Virus record (IMG/VR): IMGVR_UViG_3300011116_001007
Origin: a virus
Lineage: Duplodnaviria; Caudoviricetes
Direction: 5' to 3' (one strand)
Length of the DNA stretch: 64,000 nucleotides
Shown here: piece after piece, positions 1-8,313 of the stretch
Position numbering within the stretch: position 1 is the stretch's first letter
Layout of the letters: each line of letters starts with the position of its first letter
The notes under the pieces: generated by a model
Told to the model about the DNA's origin: nothing
Database searches by the model: none
What the model saw: the letters and a program-made list of their open reading frames with translations, nothing else
Position numbers and translations under genes: made by a program

Positions 1-774
1 TACCATTCCTGAAGTTTCGGCGTCATGCTTGCGATGTGCTTGGCGCATCAGCTGCTGGAAACTTTCTCCTACAATCTCGCCATCTAACACAATTCCGCCT
101 GCTGGGATGTCAAGATCAGCAGCTTCTATAGCTTCTGCAATCTGCGGAAAGTTCATGAACTCTTTGCCGTTACGGCTGTACAATGTCGCATTGTTTCTAG
201 TGACCACTGCCAGCACACGCACGCCATCCAGTTTGACTTCCAGGCGTTTGATGCCTTTCATCTTGGCCGGACGATCAGTTGAGTCCTGTGCCAGTTGGCA
301 TGAAAATACTGGAATGCGATATTGTGTTTTGCCCAACACTTTGTTCAGAGTTTTTTCGCTGATGCCACAACGAAGGTCTTTAGAGATCACCGGCGCACAT
401 ACCAGGTTCCATTCGTCACTGTCAAATTGATCACGGATGTCTAGCAGTTGATCTCTGGCTGCATGGCCAGTGTAGCTTCGGGTGCGTAGTGCTTCCAGCA
501 GTCCCCAGAATCGAGGCCACGGATTGGCTTGTCCTGTGCGTCCCGGCTCGGCCGCAGGAAGTTGCTTGACGTAGTAGGTGTAGAAGGGATTGTAGGCCTG
601 GTAGCAGTTGAACAAAAAAGCCTGTGCATCGGCACTGCCCAATTTTGAAGCCATCAGGGCTTTTTCGATAACTTTTTCCTTGTGAATGCGGCTGTCAGAT
701 TCAGCAAGTTCTTTTATCCAACCTGATGACATGACACCCTCATAACGCGGATCATTGGGGTTGTATTCATTCAT
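1..774 (-). CDS. ATP-dependent DNA ligase (T4 gp30-like), 3' part runs off the left edge
   Basis: Not in the ORF track; hand translation from ATG at 774 (MNEYNPNDPRY...) stays open to base 1 and contains EVKLDGVR (motif I, KxDG), YSRNGK and LDGEI (motif III). Confidence 0.93.
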   Translation of the reverse strand, partial: MNEYNPNDPRYEGVMSSGWIKELAESDSRIHKEKVIEKALMASKLGSADAQAFLFNCYQAYNPFYTYYVKQLPAAEPGRTGQANPWPRFWGLLEALRTRSYTGHAARDQLLDIRDQFDSDEWNLVCAPVISKDLRCGISEKTLNKVLGKTQYRIPVFSCQLAQDSTDRPAKMKGIKRLEVKLDGVRVLAVVTRNNATLYSRNGKEFMNFPQIAEAIEAADLDIPAGGIVLDGEIVGESFQQLMRQAHRKHDAETSGMV

Positions 775-777
775 TAT

Positions 778-1236
778 TTACTTCTCTTGTTTCTTGGTCA
801 ATGCACACACAAATAAAAATTGATCGTAGGCTGCTTTTACAGTGGCGTTGGTCAGTAATTTATCTGCTTCTGCTTGCAATGCTCGAACACCTGCTTCCGC
901 AATATCATGTATGCTGGCTCCATTCAGCGTACACAGTTCGTCACCAAACTCCTTGGCCAGTTTTTTCCAGGCTCGTTGTTGAGCAGGCGTGATAGGAGTA
1001 CGAGCTGGCCGCATTTCGCTGGCTTTGTTCAAGGCCTTGCACATGGCATCTTCAGCCACACGACTGGCCGCAATCAAGGCTGCATAGTTGGGATCAATGT
1101 TGTACTGGCGACTCTCTCCACCTGGATAGCACATCACAAGATGATTGCCTTTGGGAAAAGTATAATGATCGTCGTAGTTTTCAGCCACAGGCACATACCT
1201 GCGCCCAACTTTTTCGTATAAGATTTTTTTTACCAT
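778..1236 (-). CDS. hypothetical phage protein
   Basis: 152-aa ORF co-directional and tightly packed with the ligase gene. Confidence 0.75.
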   Translation of the reverse strand: MVKKILYEKVGRRYVPVAENYDDHYTFPKGNHLVMCYPGGESRQYNIDPNYAALIAASRVAEDAMCKALNKASEMRPARTPITPAQQRAWKKLAKEFGDELCTLNGASIHDIAEAGVRALQAEADKLLTNATVKAAYDQFLFVCALTKKQEK

Positions 1237-1574
1237 GAGCTGTTGTAGAACACTCGTAGACCCAGAAACAATTCAGCCTTGGCGTCGCGGATGAATTTGA
1301 GATCGCTGTCATGATACTCATCATCACTGTTGTTGCCAAAGAAGAATCCGCCAGTGGCAGGCAAGGTTTTTTCTCGCACGGCTTGTTCCAGTGCGTCAAG
1401 ATCTTCCCATGTGAGTTCTAGTTCGTCGCCGTTGAATTGTCCCGAATTGCCCTTGGATTCCCACAGCCGATGCATCCAGCCATGCAGGTTAGGATGCTTA
1501 CGCCAGTAAGCAATCTCACGTGGGTTCTCTGCTGCTGGTTTGGCAGCGGTGTACGCATACATGTCTAGTCCCAT
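1230..1574 (-). CDS. hypothetical phage protein (MGLDMY-type)
   Basis: 114-aa ORF with SD AGGAG and its own sigma70 promoter. Confidence 0.8.
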   Translation of the reverse strand: MGLDMYAYTAAKPAAENPREIAYWRKHPNLHGWMHRLWESKGNSGQFNGDELELTWEDLDALEQAVREKTLPATGGFFFGNNSDDEYHDSDLKFIRDAKAELFLGLRVFYNSSW

Positions 1575-1584
1575 TGCAAATCTC

Positions 1585-1764
1585 CTATGACTGTATTTTA
1601 ACGGTATTCACGTTATCTGTCAACTCTTTGATTTTTTCCAAAGTTTCCCGATAGCCTGCATAGTGCAGAGCCATTTCATAACTGCCATCTTGGCAGCTTT
1701 TCCAATGTGCATTGGACTCTAGTATGGCCTTTGCACGGGCCTGTAGTGTTTCAAGTTCCGTCAT
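1585..1764 (-). CDS. small hypothetical protein (59 aa)
   Basis: Hand translation MTELETLQARAKAILESNAHW...; ATGA overlap with the stop of the upstream ORF and fills the gap. Confidence 0.6.
   Translation of the reverse strand: MTELETLQARAKAILESNAHWKSCQDGSYEMALHYAGYRETLEKIKELTDNVNTVKIQS
1595..1623 (-). promoter_or_regulatory. sigma70-type promoter
   Basis: TTGACA-17 nt-TAAAAT on the minus strand upstream of the 1574 start. Confidence 0.75.
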
Positions 1765-1961
1765 TCTTCTTCAACTCCGAAATGTTCTAAAATCTGATTA
1801 TAAACTTCATAATTGCCGTCAGCATATTGTTGACCAATATCAGCACATTTTTGAACAATCAACAGGGCGAACTTTTCCATTTCTTCATTAATGCCCATCG
1901 ACTCAATAACGAAATCATATAGCCCAGCCTGCTCCATAAGTTCTTTAATTCGTTCGTTCAT
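1761..1961 (-). CDS. small hypothetical phage protein (MNERIKEL-type)
   Basis: 66-aa ORF in a coupled run of small genes. Confidence 0.7.
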   Translation of the reverse strand: MNERIKELMEQAGLYDFVIESMGINEEMEKFALLIVQKCADIGQQYADGNYEVYNQILEHFGVEEE

Positions 1962-1964
1962 TCT

Positions 1965-2219
1965 TCAACCCCAATCCTTCTTGTCACCAAACTGTTCGTT
2001 ATCGTTGAAGCCTGCGGTGTATGCTGTGATCTCAGCAGCAGTCATGTCTTTCATTTCCACACGAGGCGTGGTTGAAGTGGCACCTTCAAAGTAGTGCGGA
2101 TTATAACCACGGCTGTAGTAGCTGTCGGCACTGCCGCGATCATAAGGACCACCATGCCGTGGGTCATAGTTAGGTTGGCTAGTGTGATTGCCGTTTACGG
2201 CGTCCATGTATGAGGCCAT
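1965..2219 (-). CDS. hypothetical phage protein (HGGPYDRGSADSYY motif)
   Basis: 84-aa ORF with SD AAGGAG. Confidence 0.75.
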   Translation of the reverse strand: MASYMDAVNGNHTSQPNYDPRHGGPYDRGSADSYYSRGYNPHYFEGATSTTPRVEMKDMTAAEITAYTAGFNDNEQFGDKKDWG

Positions 2220-2395
2220 TATTTTCTCCTTGGCTGAGCAAACGCGCCAGATGTTTCTTCAGCACCTGGAATTTCTTCGCATTCACATTCCCACATGGGG
2301 AATGATTCGTAGTAGCCCGAAAAATACAGCGGCCGCAGCATGGTCTTGCAGAATGGGCATGTTGGCATCACAGTTGGTTCTATTTGTTCAGACAT
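2219..2395 (-). CDS. small zinc-ribbon-like protein (58 aa)
   Basis: Hand translation MSEQIEPTVMPTCPFCKTM...WECECEE; CxxC plus CxC; SD AAGGAG; TAATG overlap with the next gene. Confidence 0.6.
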   Translation of the reverse strand: MSEQIEPTVMPTCPFCKTMLRPLYFSGYYESFPMWECECEEIPGAEETSGAFAQPRRK

Positions 2396-2407
2396 AATCT
2401 TCTCCTT

Positions 2408-2758
2408 TTACTTAAAATAACGATAAGGCAGGCCCAAGGTGTAGCACAAAAACTCGTCATCACCACCGGTGCCTTCGGCTTCGTGTATCCAACGCAAGGC
2501 CATAGCACGATCTTTAGCACCGCAGGCCAGCACGGATTGAATCCGCATCTCAAATGCATGGCAGGCCTCGTGCTCAGCAATCTTGCGCTCACGCTCGTTC
2601 TTGGCAATCACTCCCTGCAGATACTCAAACTCCTGAGTGAAAGTTGCCTCAGTCCAACCCGTGGTATCCACATGACGAGGACGGAAACCGTGAGCATCCT
2701 TGTACATATCCCAAAAGATGCTGTGCAGTTCTTCTTCACGGGTCATTGTATCTTGCAT
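2408..2758 (-). CDS. hypothetical phage protein
   Basis: 116-aa ORF with SD AAGGA and an upstream consensus promoter. Confidence 0.8.
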   Translation of the reverse strand: MQDTMTREEELHSIFWDMYKDAHGFRPRHVDTTGWTEATFTQEFEYLQGVIAKNERERKIAEHEACHAFEMRIQSVLACGAKDRAMALRWIHEAEGTGGDDEFLCYTLGLPYRYFK

Positions 2759-2787
2759 GGTGATTCCTTTTTGCTGTGTATGTGTGT

Positions 2788-2816
2788 ATTATAGCAGAAC
2801 GGTGATTTCTGGTCAA
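2788..2816 (-). promoter_or_regulatory. sigma70-type early promoter
   Basis: TTGACC-17 nt-TATAAT, with TGC before the -10 box. Confidence 0.85.
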
Positions 2817-3157
2817 CCGTTCTGCTTGATGCGAACGTCTGTGTTCAGTGCAGGCGCATATTTTGCAATGAGTTCACGTTCTAACTTATGTGCAACATCT
2901 TTACCACGCACAATGTCAACAATAGTTGACACAATGCTGTCAGCACCTGCGGCACGAATTGCTTCGTACAGGCGCCAAGACTTGTCTTCAGTGCGCGAGC
3001 GATAGATGTGCTTGTTCACACGGCTACGCAAGCTCATGGGCACAGTGCGCTGAGTCTTAGCAGTGATGCCAATGTACGTCTCAAAACCAATATGCAAAGC
3101 ATATACGATATGAGTGCGATCTACTCGCTTTTTACGGGTGACTTTTGTTGCTTCCAT
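2813..3157 (-). CDS. small GIY-YIG-domain nuclease-like protein
   Basis: HIVYAL...TYIGIT, followed by a conserved Arg (SLRSRVNKH) and a downstream Glu/Asn (LERELI...LN), matching the GIY-YIG fold pattern. Confidence 0.7.
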   Translation of the reverse strand: MEATKVTRKKRVDRTHIVYALHIGFETYIGITAKTQRTVPMSLRSRVNKHIYRSRTEDKSWRLYEAIRAAGADSIVSTIVDIVRGKDVAHKLERELIAKYAPALNTDVRIKQNG

Positions 3158-3163
3158 ACATGT

Positions 3164-3192
3164 ATTATAGCCGATCTAGCGATTTCGGTCAA
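3164..3192 (-). promoter_or_regulatory. sigma70-type early promoter (leaderless mRNA predicted)
   Basis: TTGACC-17 nt-TATAAT, 6 nt from the ATG at 3157. Confidence 0.85.
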
Positions 3193-3266
3193 CCGTTTTG
3201 CCCTCAAAAAACAGCAATTTTATGTGGGTTTTTAACAACAGTTTGTGTGGGATTTTTACAACACAC

Positions 3267-3364
3267 AATATTATCGGAATATTATCGGAATATTATCGGA
3301 ATATTATCGGAATATTATCAGAATATTATCTCAATATTATCTCAATATTATCGGAGATAATATT
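3267..3364. repeat. tandem array of eight 11-bp units AATATTATC(GG/AG/TC) ending in an inverted copy
   Basis: Units start at 3267, 3278, 3289, 3300, 3311, 3322, 3333 and 3344; AATATTATC-GGA-GATAATATT at 3344-3364 is a perfect inverted repeat. Confidence 0.95.
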
Positions 3365-3621
3365 TAGGCTGAGCCATTAGTAAGTAATTCAATTATGATA
3401 TTATCTTTGAATCTAGATAATCTAGTTTGAAATTGATAACAGTTTTCGGTTATCTCAGTTAAATCAGTACTCCACAACATGTTACGACGCAGTAACTCTG
3501 CCCAATTAGATAACTGATCTTTTTCGTACTGAATATCCAAGGCATGGTTTCGTGGTTTTGCAACTTTGTAACGATTCCATTCGTTGAGCAATTCCCTCGC
3601 AGTTGCTTTGGGATCCGTCAT
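3364..3621 (-). CDS. hypothetical protein
   Basis: 85-aa ORF with SD AAGGAG. Confidence 0.7.
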   Translation of the reverse strand: MTDPKATARELLNEWNRYKVAKPRNHALDIQYEKDQLSNWAELLRRNMLWSTDLTEITENCYQFQTRLSRFKDNIIIELLTNGSA

Positions 3622-3673
3622 GCCAATCTCCTTGTATTGTAATTATATATCAGTATCAGCTGGCCAGTGCTCA

Positions 3674-3699
3674 TAAAAATAGGCCCCGAAGGGCCTATT
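3674..3699 (-). terminator. intrinsic terminator of the porin gene
   Basis: AATAGGCCC-TTCG-GGGCCTATT followed by a T-run on the minus strand; C(UUCG)G tetraloop. Confidence 0.9.
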
Positions 3700-3717
3700 G
3701 CGTTTTGACAAACTAGA

Positions 3718-4626
3718 TTAGAAATTGTATTCTACGCCAGCGCCAAATTGTGTAACATCAGACGCAGAACCTGCTGCGTCAATGTTGCTCCAACGAGCAT
3801 GCAAGGTCAATGCCTTGCTCATGGCATAAGCAGCACCTACTGCTTTGCCAGTGGTACCGTTATTGGTTTCACCGTAGCTGGCCAACAAACTTAATTGTGG
3901 GCTGACTGCTTGATTTACGCCAATGCTTTTGCCTGTGGTGCTGACACCAACAACTTTGTCTTCACTGTACATGCCATAGATGGCAGTCTTGCTTGCGGCC
4001 ACGGTGTATTTTACACCACCGATGGTACTGGTACTGGTGGTACCATTATCATACATTGCCACGGTGGCTGCAAGAGCTCCGTTGCTGTAGTTGATGCTGC
4101 CAGCTTGAACATTAGAAACGTTAGCAGTTTCGCTGTTGCTCAGTTGATAAGTTCCTGTCAGGCCCATTACAGGTGCTGTGGTTACAAAAATAGCATTTTG
4201 CACACGTGAACCTTGTGCGGCATGGATACTGGGTGCAATGGTACCATAGGTATTTTCCATAACATCAAAGTTATCCAATGCACGAGTCACAGCGTGTTTG
4301 TCACGACCCAGGCCCACAGTGCCCAGTTTGTTGCTGAGGTTAAACAAAGTGGTACGGTCGCCCAATGTGGTAGCACCTGGGGCATCAGCACCAACGCCTG
4401 TTTCAACAATGGCAGCGGCTGTGAAGCCATTGCCTACGTCAGCGGTGGCCTTAATTCCAATGCGGCTGGTGTCATTGGTCAAACGGGTTAGTGCATCAGC
4501 AGTGCCCAATTTGTACGATTCTTCGTACACTCGAGCTTTGCCATACACACTGACTTGAGGGGCAGATTGTGCCAAAACGGCCGAAGTGGCTGCTGCCAAG
4601 GCCAATACTGTTACTAATTTCTTCAT
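3718..4626 (-). CDS. outer-membrane porin (Gram-negative general porin, betaproteobacterial type)
   Basis: Sec signal peptide (MKKLVTVLALAAA...VLA), VSVYG, SRIGIK, amphipathic beta-strands and a C-terminal GVEYNF BAM-type signal. Confidence 0.9.
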   Translation of the reverse strand: MKKLVTVLALAAATSAVLAQSAPQVSVYGKARVYEESYKLGTADALTRLTNDTSRIGIKATADVGNGFTAAAIVETGVGADAPGATTLGDRTTLFNLSNKLGTVGLGRDKHAVTRALDNFDVMENTYGTIAPSIHAAQGSRVQNAIFVTTAPVMGLTGTYQLSNSETANVSNVQAGSINYSNGALAATVAMYDNGTTSTSTIGGVKYTVAASKTAIYGMYSEDKVVGVSTTGKSIGVNQAVSPQLSLLASYGETNNGTTGKAVGAAYAMSKALTLHARWSNIDAAGSASDVTQFGAGVEYNF

Positions 4627-4654
4627 GAAGTCTCCTTAAATTTTGAAGTAGCTA

Positions 4655-4684
4655 ATTGTAGCATGATTGATATCGAAATGTCAA
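4655..4684 (-). promoter_or_regulatory. sigma70-type promoter of the porin gene
   Basis: TTGACA-18 nt-TACAAT; a TAAATA late-type motif lies just upstream near 4700. Confidence 0.7.
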
Positions 4685-4768
4685 CTGCCACAGAATAATA
4701 TTTAAGCTCATATGCTCAGACTCCGGTATTTTCCCGGGGTTTTAGGTGTTTATTACATGTATCTGGCT

Positions 4769-6871
4769 CTAGCAATCTGGTTGAACTGGAATTACTGCAG
4801 GTGACGGTGTGATTGGCGGATCTGCTGGTATATGATTGGCTGAAAACAATCCTGCAGATTGATACGAATCTTGATTGCGGGCTTCGCGCATGGAACCGAT
4901 CATGGCTTGCCCCCCTACGATGGTGGTGTCTGCTACATCTTCCAAGAATTCAGCTGCTTGGCCAGAATCTGTTAACGCAGCATAAGATGGCAAGTTTTGC
5001 ACAAATGCCATCACACTTGATTGTTCGCCGGCCAACAGATTAAAATAATCTATGCCGGCGCGAGTCTGAAAGGCTTTTTCTGAACTCAACGAACTGGCAA
5101 TGCTATTCCAGGCAGTGTTCATTGTGGTGGTCTGTGTGGCCCAGGCAGTGACCACCCCATCCAGGGCAGTGTTGGCCAATGGTATTAGAGTTTGTAATGC
5201 TAGGTCGCCACCGTAGTATGGAAATGCATTGGCATAAGTTCCCGAACCAGCACCCACTGGTACTGTCACACTCACCGCAGGATTGCCGTAGGTACTGTTG
5301 CATACATTTTGTATTCGTTGATAAAGATCTAACAATGTGTTGTAACTGGCAGACCCCGATATGGCAGTCAACGCGGTACTGGCAGTATTGAGATATGTAG
5401 CAAGGCCATTGTAATCAATCGCAGTGCCTAGCACATCATTCACAGTGATAGTTCCGTTGGGACCAGTGCCATTGGCTATACTGGTATCAAAGAATGCAGT
5501 CACTGATGCAGGCACCGGAGTAGTCAACGCTGTGATATCAGGCAATCCTGACATGTTGCTCTGCCCACCTAATGTGGTTGGCAACCAATAACTGGTATTG
5601 TTGATATCAATGTCTGCAGGAACATCTTGTTGTGCTCGATAAAACTTTGGGCAACTATCACCATTGGCAACTAAATCGTTGGCCAAATAAGGCTGAGCCG
5701 GATCCCAAGGACGATCAACATATCCTTTTACGGCTTCAGCAAGTGCTGGCAAATCGGTGGCTGCTATGTTGGGTATCTGCTGAAATGCCACTTGTATGGC
5801 CTTGTTGGCCACTGCATCACCCGGCGGTATGATTTTTCCTAATTCATCACACCCCGATGCAGTAGGCAAATAAGAATTGACTATGGGTTGTACTGCAGAA
5901 TTCAAACTGCCATTGGCATTGAACACTGGCACTGGTCCAGTCGGACTGGGAGTTTGTAAAGTGAGATAACTCAGCGGAAATATTTTTTTAGGATCTAACA
6001 AATCACTAAGTGAATTGATATTGGGTGTGGTCACATCCAATATACTCAATATCTGTGCAAGGTCATCGCCTGACACCATGGTCATGGCATTGTATGCTTG
6101 CAGTTGCAACTGATCAAATTCATTGTTGGTAATACCATCAGGGTTGAACAAACCAACACGATTATCGCTCACAAGATTTTGAATGTCAGTAGCAGTCAAC
6201 CCCACTGCGATCAATGCATTTTGTACAGCCGGCACAGTGACATTGGAAATTCTTGCCACGGCACTGATTTGTTGTAGCAGTCCAGCTGGTGTACCATACA
6301 ATTCTAAATTATTCAAATTGGTCAATTGCCCTTGCCTGGCTAGATCTGTTCCAAACCCACTCAGACCTGAATTAACCGTGGCAATGTCAGCCGTGGTCAA
6401 ACTGTCCATGCTGCTGAAGCCAGGACCAAGATACGTCGGAGCATTCACTGCGGTATTGATGTAGCTGTTGGTTGTACTAATAAATGCTTGTACTGCCATA
6501 AACCCTTGTGCGAATCTGCCACTGTCACCATATCCCAGATAGTAATTGGCAGTTTGTGAAACCAACCCAGTTAGTCCTGACGGATTGGCCACCGGAGTCA
6601 ATGTGGTATATGCAGCTGGTATGCTATTGCCCAGTGCGGCACATCCTGTTCCTGTTCCGCGTATGGTTTCTAGACTGGTGAGTGTGGCAGCTGAACACCA
6701 GACAGTGCCTGCTGCATTGTTGATAGCACTGTTGATTGCTGAGATTATACTAAACGAATTGTACTGTGATATTGCAGCAGCCAATGCTGTAGGTAATGTT
6801 TTCAATCCTTGATTGTTTAACAAGGCTGCAGATGCAGTGAGTTGTAACGGAGTTAGAATGCTGGTGGCCAT
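4769..6871 (-). CDS. virion structural protein (baseplate/spike-associated), possible carbohydrate-binding module
   Basis: About 700 aa, Ala/Thr/Asn-rich, next to PAAR; WDPAQPYLANDLV...FYRA...YW resembles a CBM5/12-type module. Start placed at MATSILTP. Confidence 0.65.
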   Translation of the reverse strand: MATSILTPLQLTASAALLNNQGLKTLPTALAAAISQYNSFSIISAINSAINNAAGTVWCSAATLTSLETIRGTGTGCAALGNSIPAAYTTLTPVANPSGLTGLVSQTANYYLGYGDSGRFAQGFMAVQAFISTTNSYINTAVNAPTYLGPGFSSMDSLTTADIATVNSGLSGFGTDLARQGQLTNLNNLELYGTPAGLLQQISAVARISNVTVPAVQNALIAVGLTATDIQNLVSDNRVGLFNPDGITNNEFDQLQLQAYNAMTMVSGDDLAQILSILDVTTPNINSLSDLLDPKKIFPLSYLTLQTPSPTGPVPVFNANGSLNSAVQPIVNSYLPTASGCDELGKIIPPGDAVANKAIQVAFQQIPNIAATDLPALAEAVKGYVDRPWDPAQPYLANDLVANGDSCPKFYRAQQDVPADIDINNTSYWLPTTLGGQSNMSGLPDITALTTPVPASVTAFFDTSIANGTGPNGTITVNDVLGTAIDYNGLATYLNTASTALTAISGSASYNTLLDLYQRIQNVCNSTYGNPAVSVTVPVGAGSGTYANAFPYYGGDLALQTLIPLANTALDGVVTAWATQTTTMNTAWNSIASSLSSEKAFQTRAGIDYFNLLAGEQSSVMAFVQNLPSYAALTDSGQAAEFLEDVADTTIVGGQAMIGSMREARNQDSYQSAGLFSANHIPADPPITPSPAVIPVQPDC

Positions 6872-6872
6872 G

Positions 6873-7139
6873 TTAACCAATCTTTACATTTTCGCTGCCA
6901 CCAGTTCTAGCATGTCCGCAGGTGTCTGCATTGCCGGTTACATTGATTGGACGACCACCGGCTTTGACACTGCCAACGCCGCCAGCTGTGACAGGGATAT
7001 GCACAGGTTTTGAACTATGAGGGCTAACTGGGCTGCCGTCTACAGATACTGCCTGATTGTTAACTCGCACAGAACTGACTCCACTGGTAATTGTTCCCCC
7101 GGCGGAATCACTATCTCCTACACGCTGTACTGCTGGCAT
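6873..7139 (-). CDS. PAAR spike-tip protein (T4 gp5.4-like)
   Basis: MPAVQRVGD...SVRVNNQAV...H...V..GGRP...GN...CGH pattern. Confidence 0.9.
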   Translation of the reverse strand: MPAVQRVGDSDSAGGTITSGVSSVRVNNQAVSVDGSPVSPHSSKPVHIPVTAGGVGSVKAGGRPINVTGNADTCGHARTGGSENVKIG

Positions 7140-7140
7140 A

Positions 7141-7449
7141 TTATCCTAGTATGATTTTCTTGTCCGGCACTTTGATACCGGTGGTTGCTTCGATGTACTT
7201 CATTTTGACTGGGTCATCGGTCAGTGCATAAAGACTTACGCTGGCAGTATTTAGCCGTAGTTTTTCGTCGGGATCGGCTGTGAACAAACTGGGTACAAGT
7301 CCCATGCCTTGTGGACCAGGCGCCACACTGACTGGGTGCTCAATGCTGATCCAATCATCAGATGATGTGTCTGACACTTTGGCAATGAGTTCTTCTCCTG
7401 AGTTTAATTTAAAGGTATAAACTTGACCTGTACTGACGGATAATTTCAT
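7141..7449 (-). CDS. hypothetical protein, possible small beta-barrel (Sm/SH3-like)
   Basis: TFKLNSGEELIAKV N-terminus is typical of small beta-barrel folds; the fold is inference only. Confidence 0.65.
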   Translation of the reverse strand: MKLSVSTGQVYTFKLNSGEELIAKVSDTSSDDWISIEHPVSVAPGPQGMGLVPSLFTADPDEKLRLNTASVSLYALTDDPVKMKYIEATTGIKVPDKKIILG

Positions 7450-7450
7450 T

Positions 7451-8110
7451 TTAAACTTTCTGTATAACGTATTGATAATTTATTACGCCAATGCGAATAT
7501 GTTTTTGAAACATGTTCACAAATGCGTCAATGGACATTTTAGGGTGATCCAATATGTCCGGAGATTCATTCCACAAATAATCGTCGAATATCATATATCC
7601 GTTGCTTTTGAGCAGGCCAAAGGCCATCACAGCGTCAGCTAACACAGCATCTGAACAATGGCTTCCGTCCACATACACTAGATCAAATTCTCTCTGATCC
7701 ACAATTAGTTTTGCCAGGCCATGATAACTCATCACAGGCATGACTTCTACTGTTTGTGTAGGTAACTTGGCAAGATCAGTATTGTGACGATGTATGTCTT
7801 GAATGATGCGTTGCTCAGGTAAGTGATCATGTGTGTAAGCATTCAATGGTGTGTTTCCAAAAGGATCTATACAAGTGATGGTACCGTCGTGTGCCAGCAT
7901 GTTTTGCAGCATCCAGCAGGTACTACGACCTTCGTGGGATCCAATTTCCAATATGGATTTCAATGGTGCTTCCATATGACCCAAAACAAACTCAAAGTTT
8001 ACCACTCCATTTGAGAACCAATCGGCGGTGAAAAAATGTTTGGTGTCAAAGTCAGGAATGTTTTCTTTGAACCAATCTATACTATCAGGTAAGACGTTTT
8101 CTGAGTTCAT
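7451..8110 (-). CDS. class I SAM-dependent methyltransferase (Methyltransf_24-like)
   Basis: LEIGSHEGRS, CIDPF, FDLVYVDGSH and IFDDY motifs. Confidence 0.85.
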   Translation of the reverse strand: MNSENVLPDSIDWFKENIPDFDTKHFFTADWFSNGVVNFEFVLGHMEAPLKSILEIGSHEGRSTCWMLQNMLAHDGTITCIDPFGNTPLNAYTHDHLPEQRIIQDIHRHNTDLAKLPTQTVEVMPVMSYHGLAKLIVDQREFDLVYVDGSHCSDAVLADAVMAFGLLKSNGYMIFDDYLWNESPDILDHPKMSIDAFVNMFQKHIRIGVINYQYVIQKV

Positions 8111-8306
8111 TGAACCCTCCTACTAGTTCTTCATCCAAGAAGATCTGTGGCACGGTGCGAGCATTTGGTACTGCTTCTAATAGTTGTTCACGTGTCCAAT
8201 CTTGGCTCACGTTGCGTTCTTCAAATTCAATGTTGCGTGATGCCAACAGTGCTTTGGCTTGATCGCAGTAAGGGCATTGGTCTTTGGACCACACTATTGC
8301 TTTCAT
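8085..8306 (-). CDS. grx: glutaredoxin
   Basis: MKAIVWSKDQCPYC active site, TVPQIF and GG; start refined to 8306. Confidence 0.95.
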   Translation of the reverse strand: MKAIVWSKDQCPYCDQAKALLASRNIEFEERNVSQDWTREQLLEAVPNARTVPQIFLDEELVGGFNELRKRLT

Positions 8307-8313
8307 ATTTTCC

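Noticed and set aside
29-635. ORF-track calls 29..430 (+) and 441..635 (-)
   Set aside because: Both are shadows of the ligase frame (774 to <1), which carries clear catalytic motifs.
3267-3364. 11-bp array as a CRISPR array
   Set aside because: The units are contiguous with no unique spacers, are too short, and no cas genes are present.
3145-3380. Plus-strand ORFs reading through the array (ILSEYY repeats)
   Set aside because: They are artefacts of translating the tandem repeat; no RBS, and antisense to the local gene flow.
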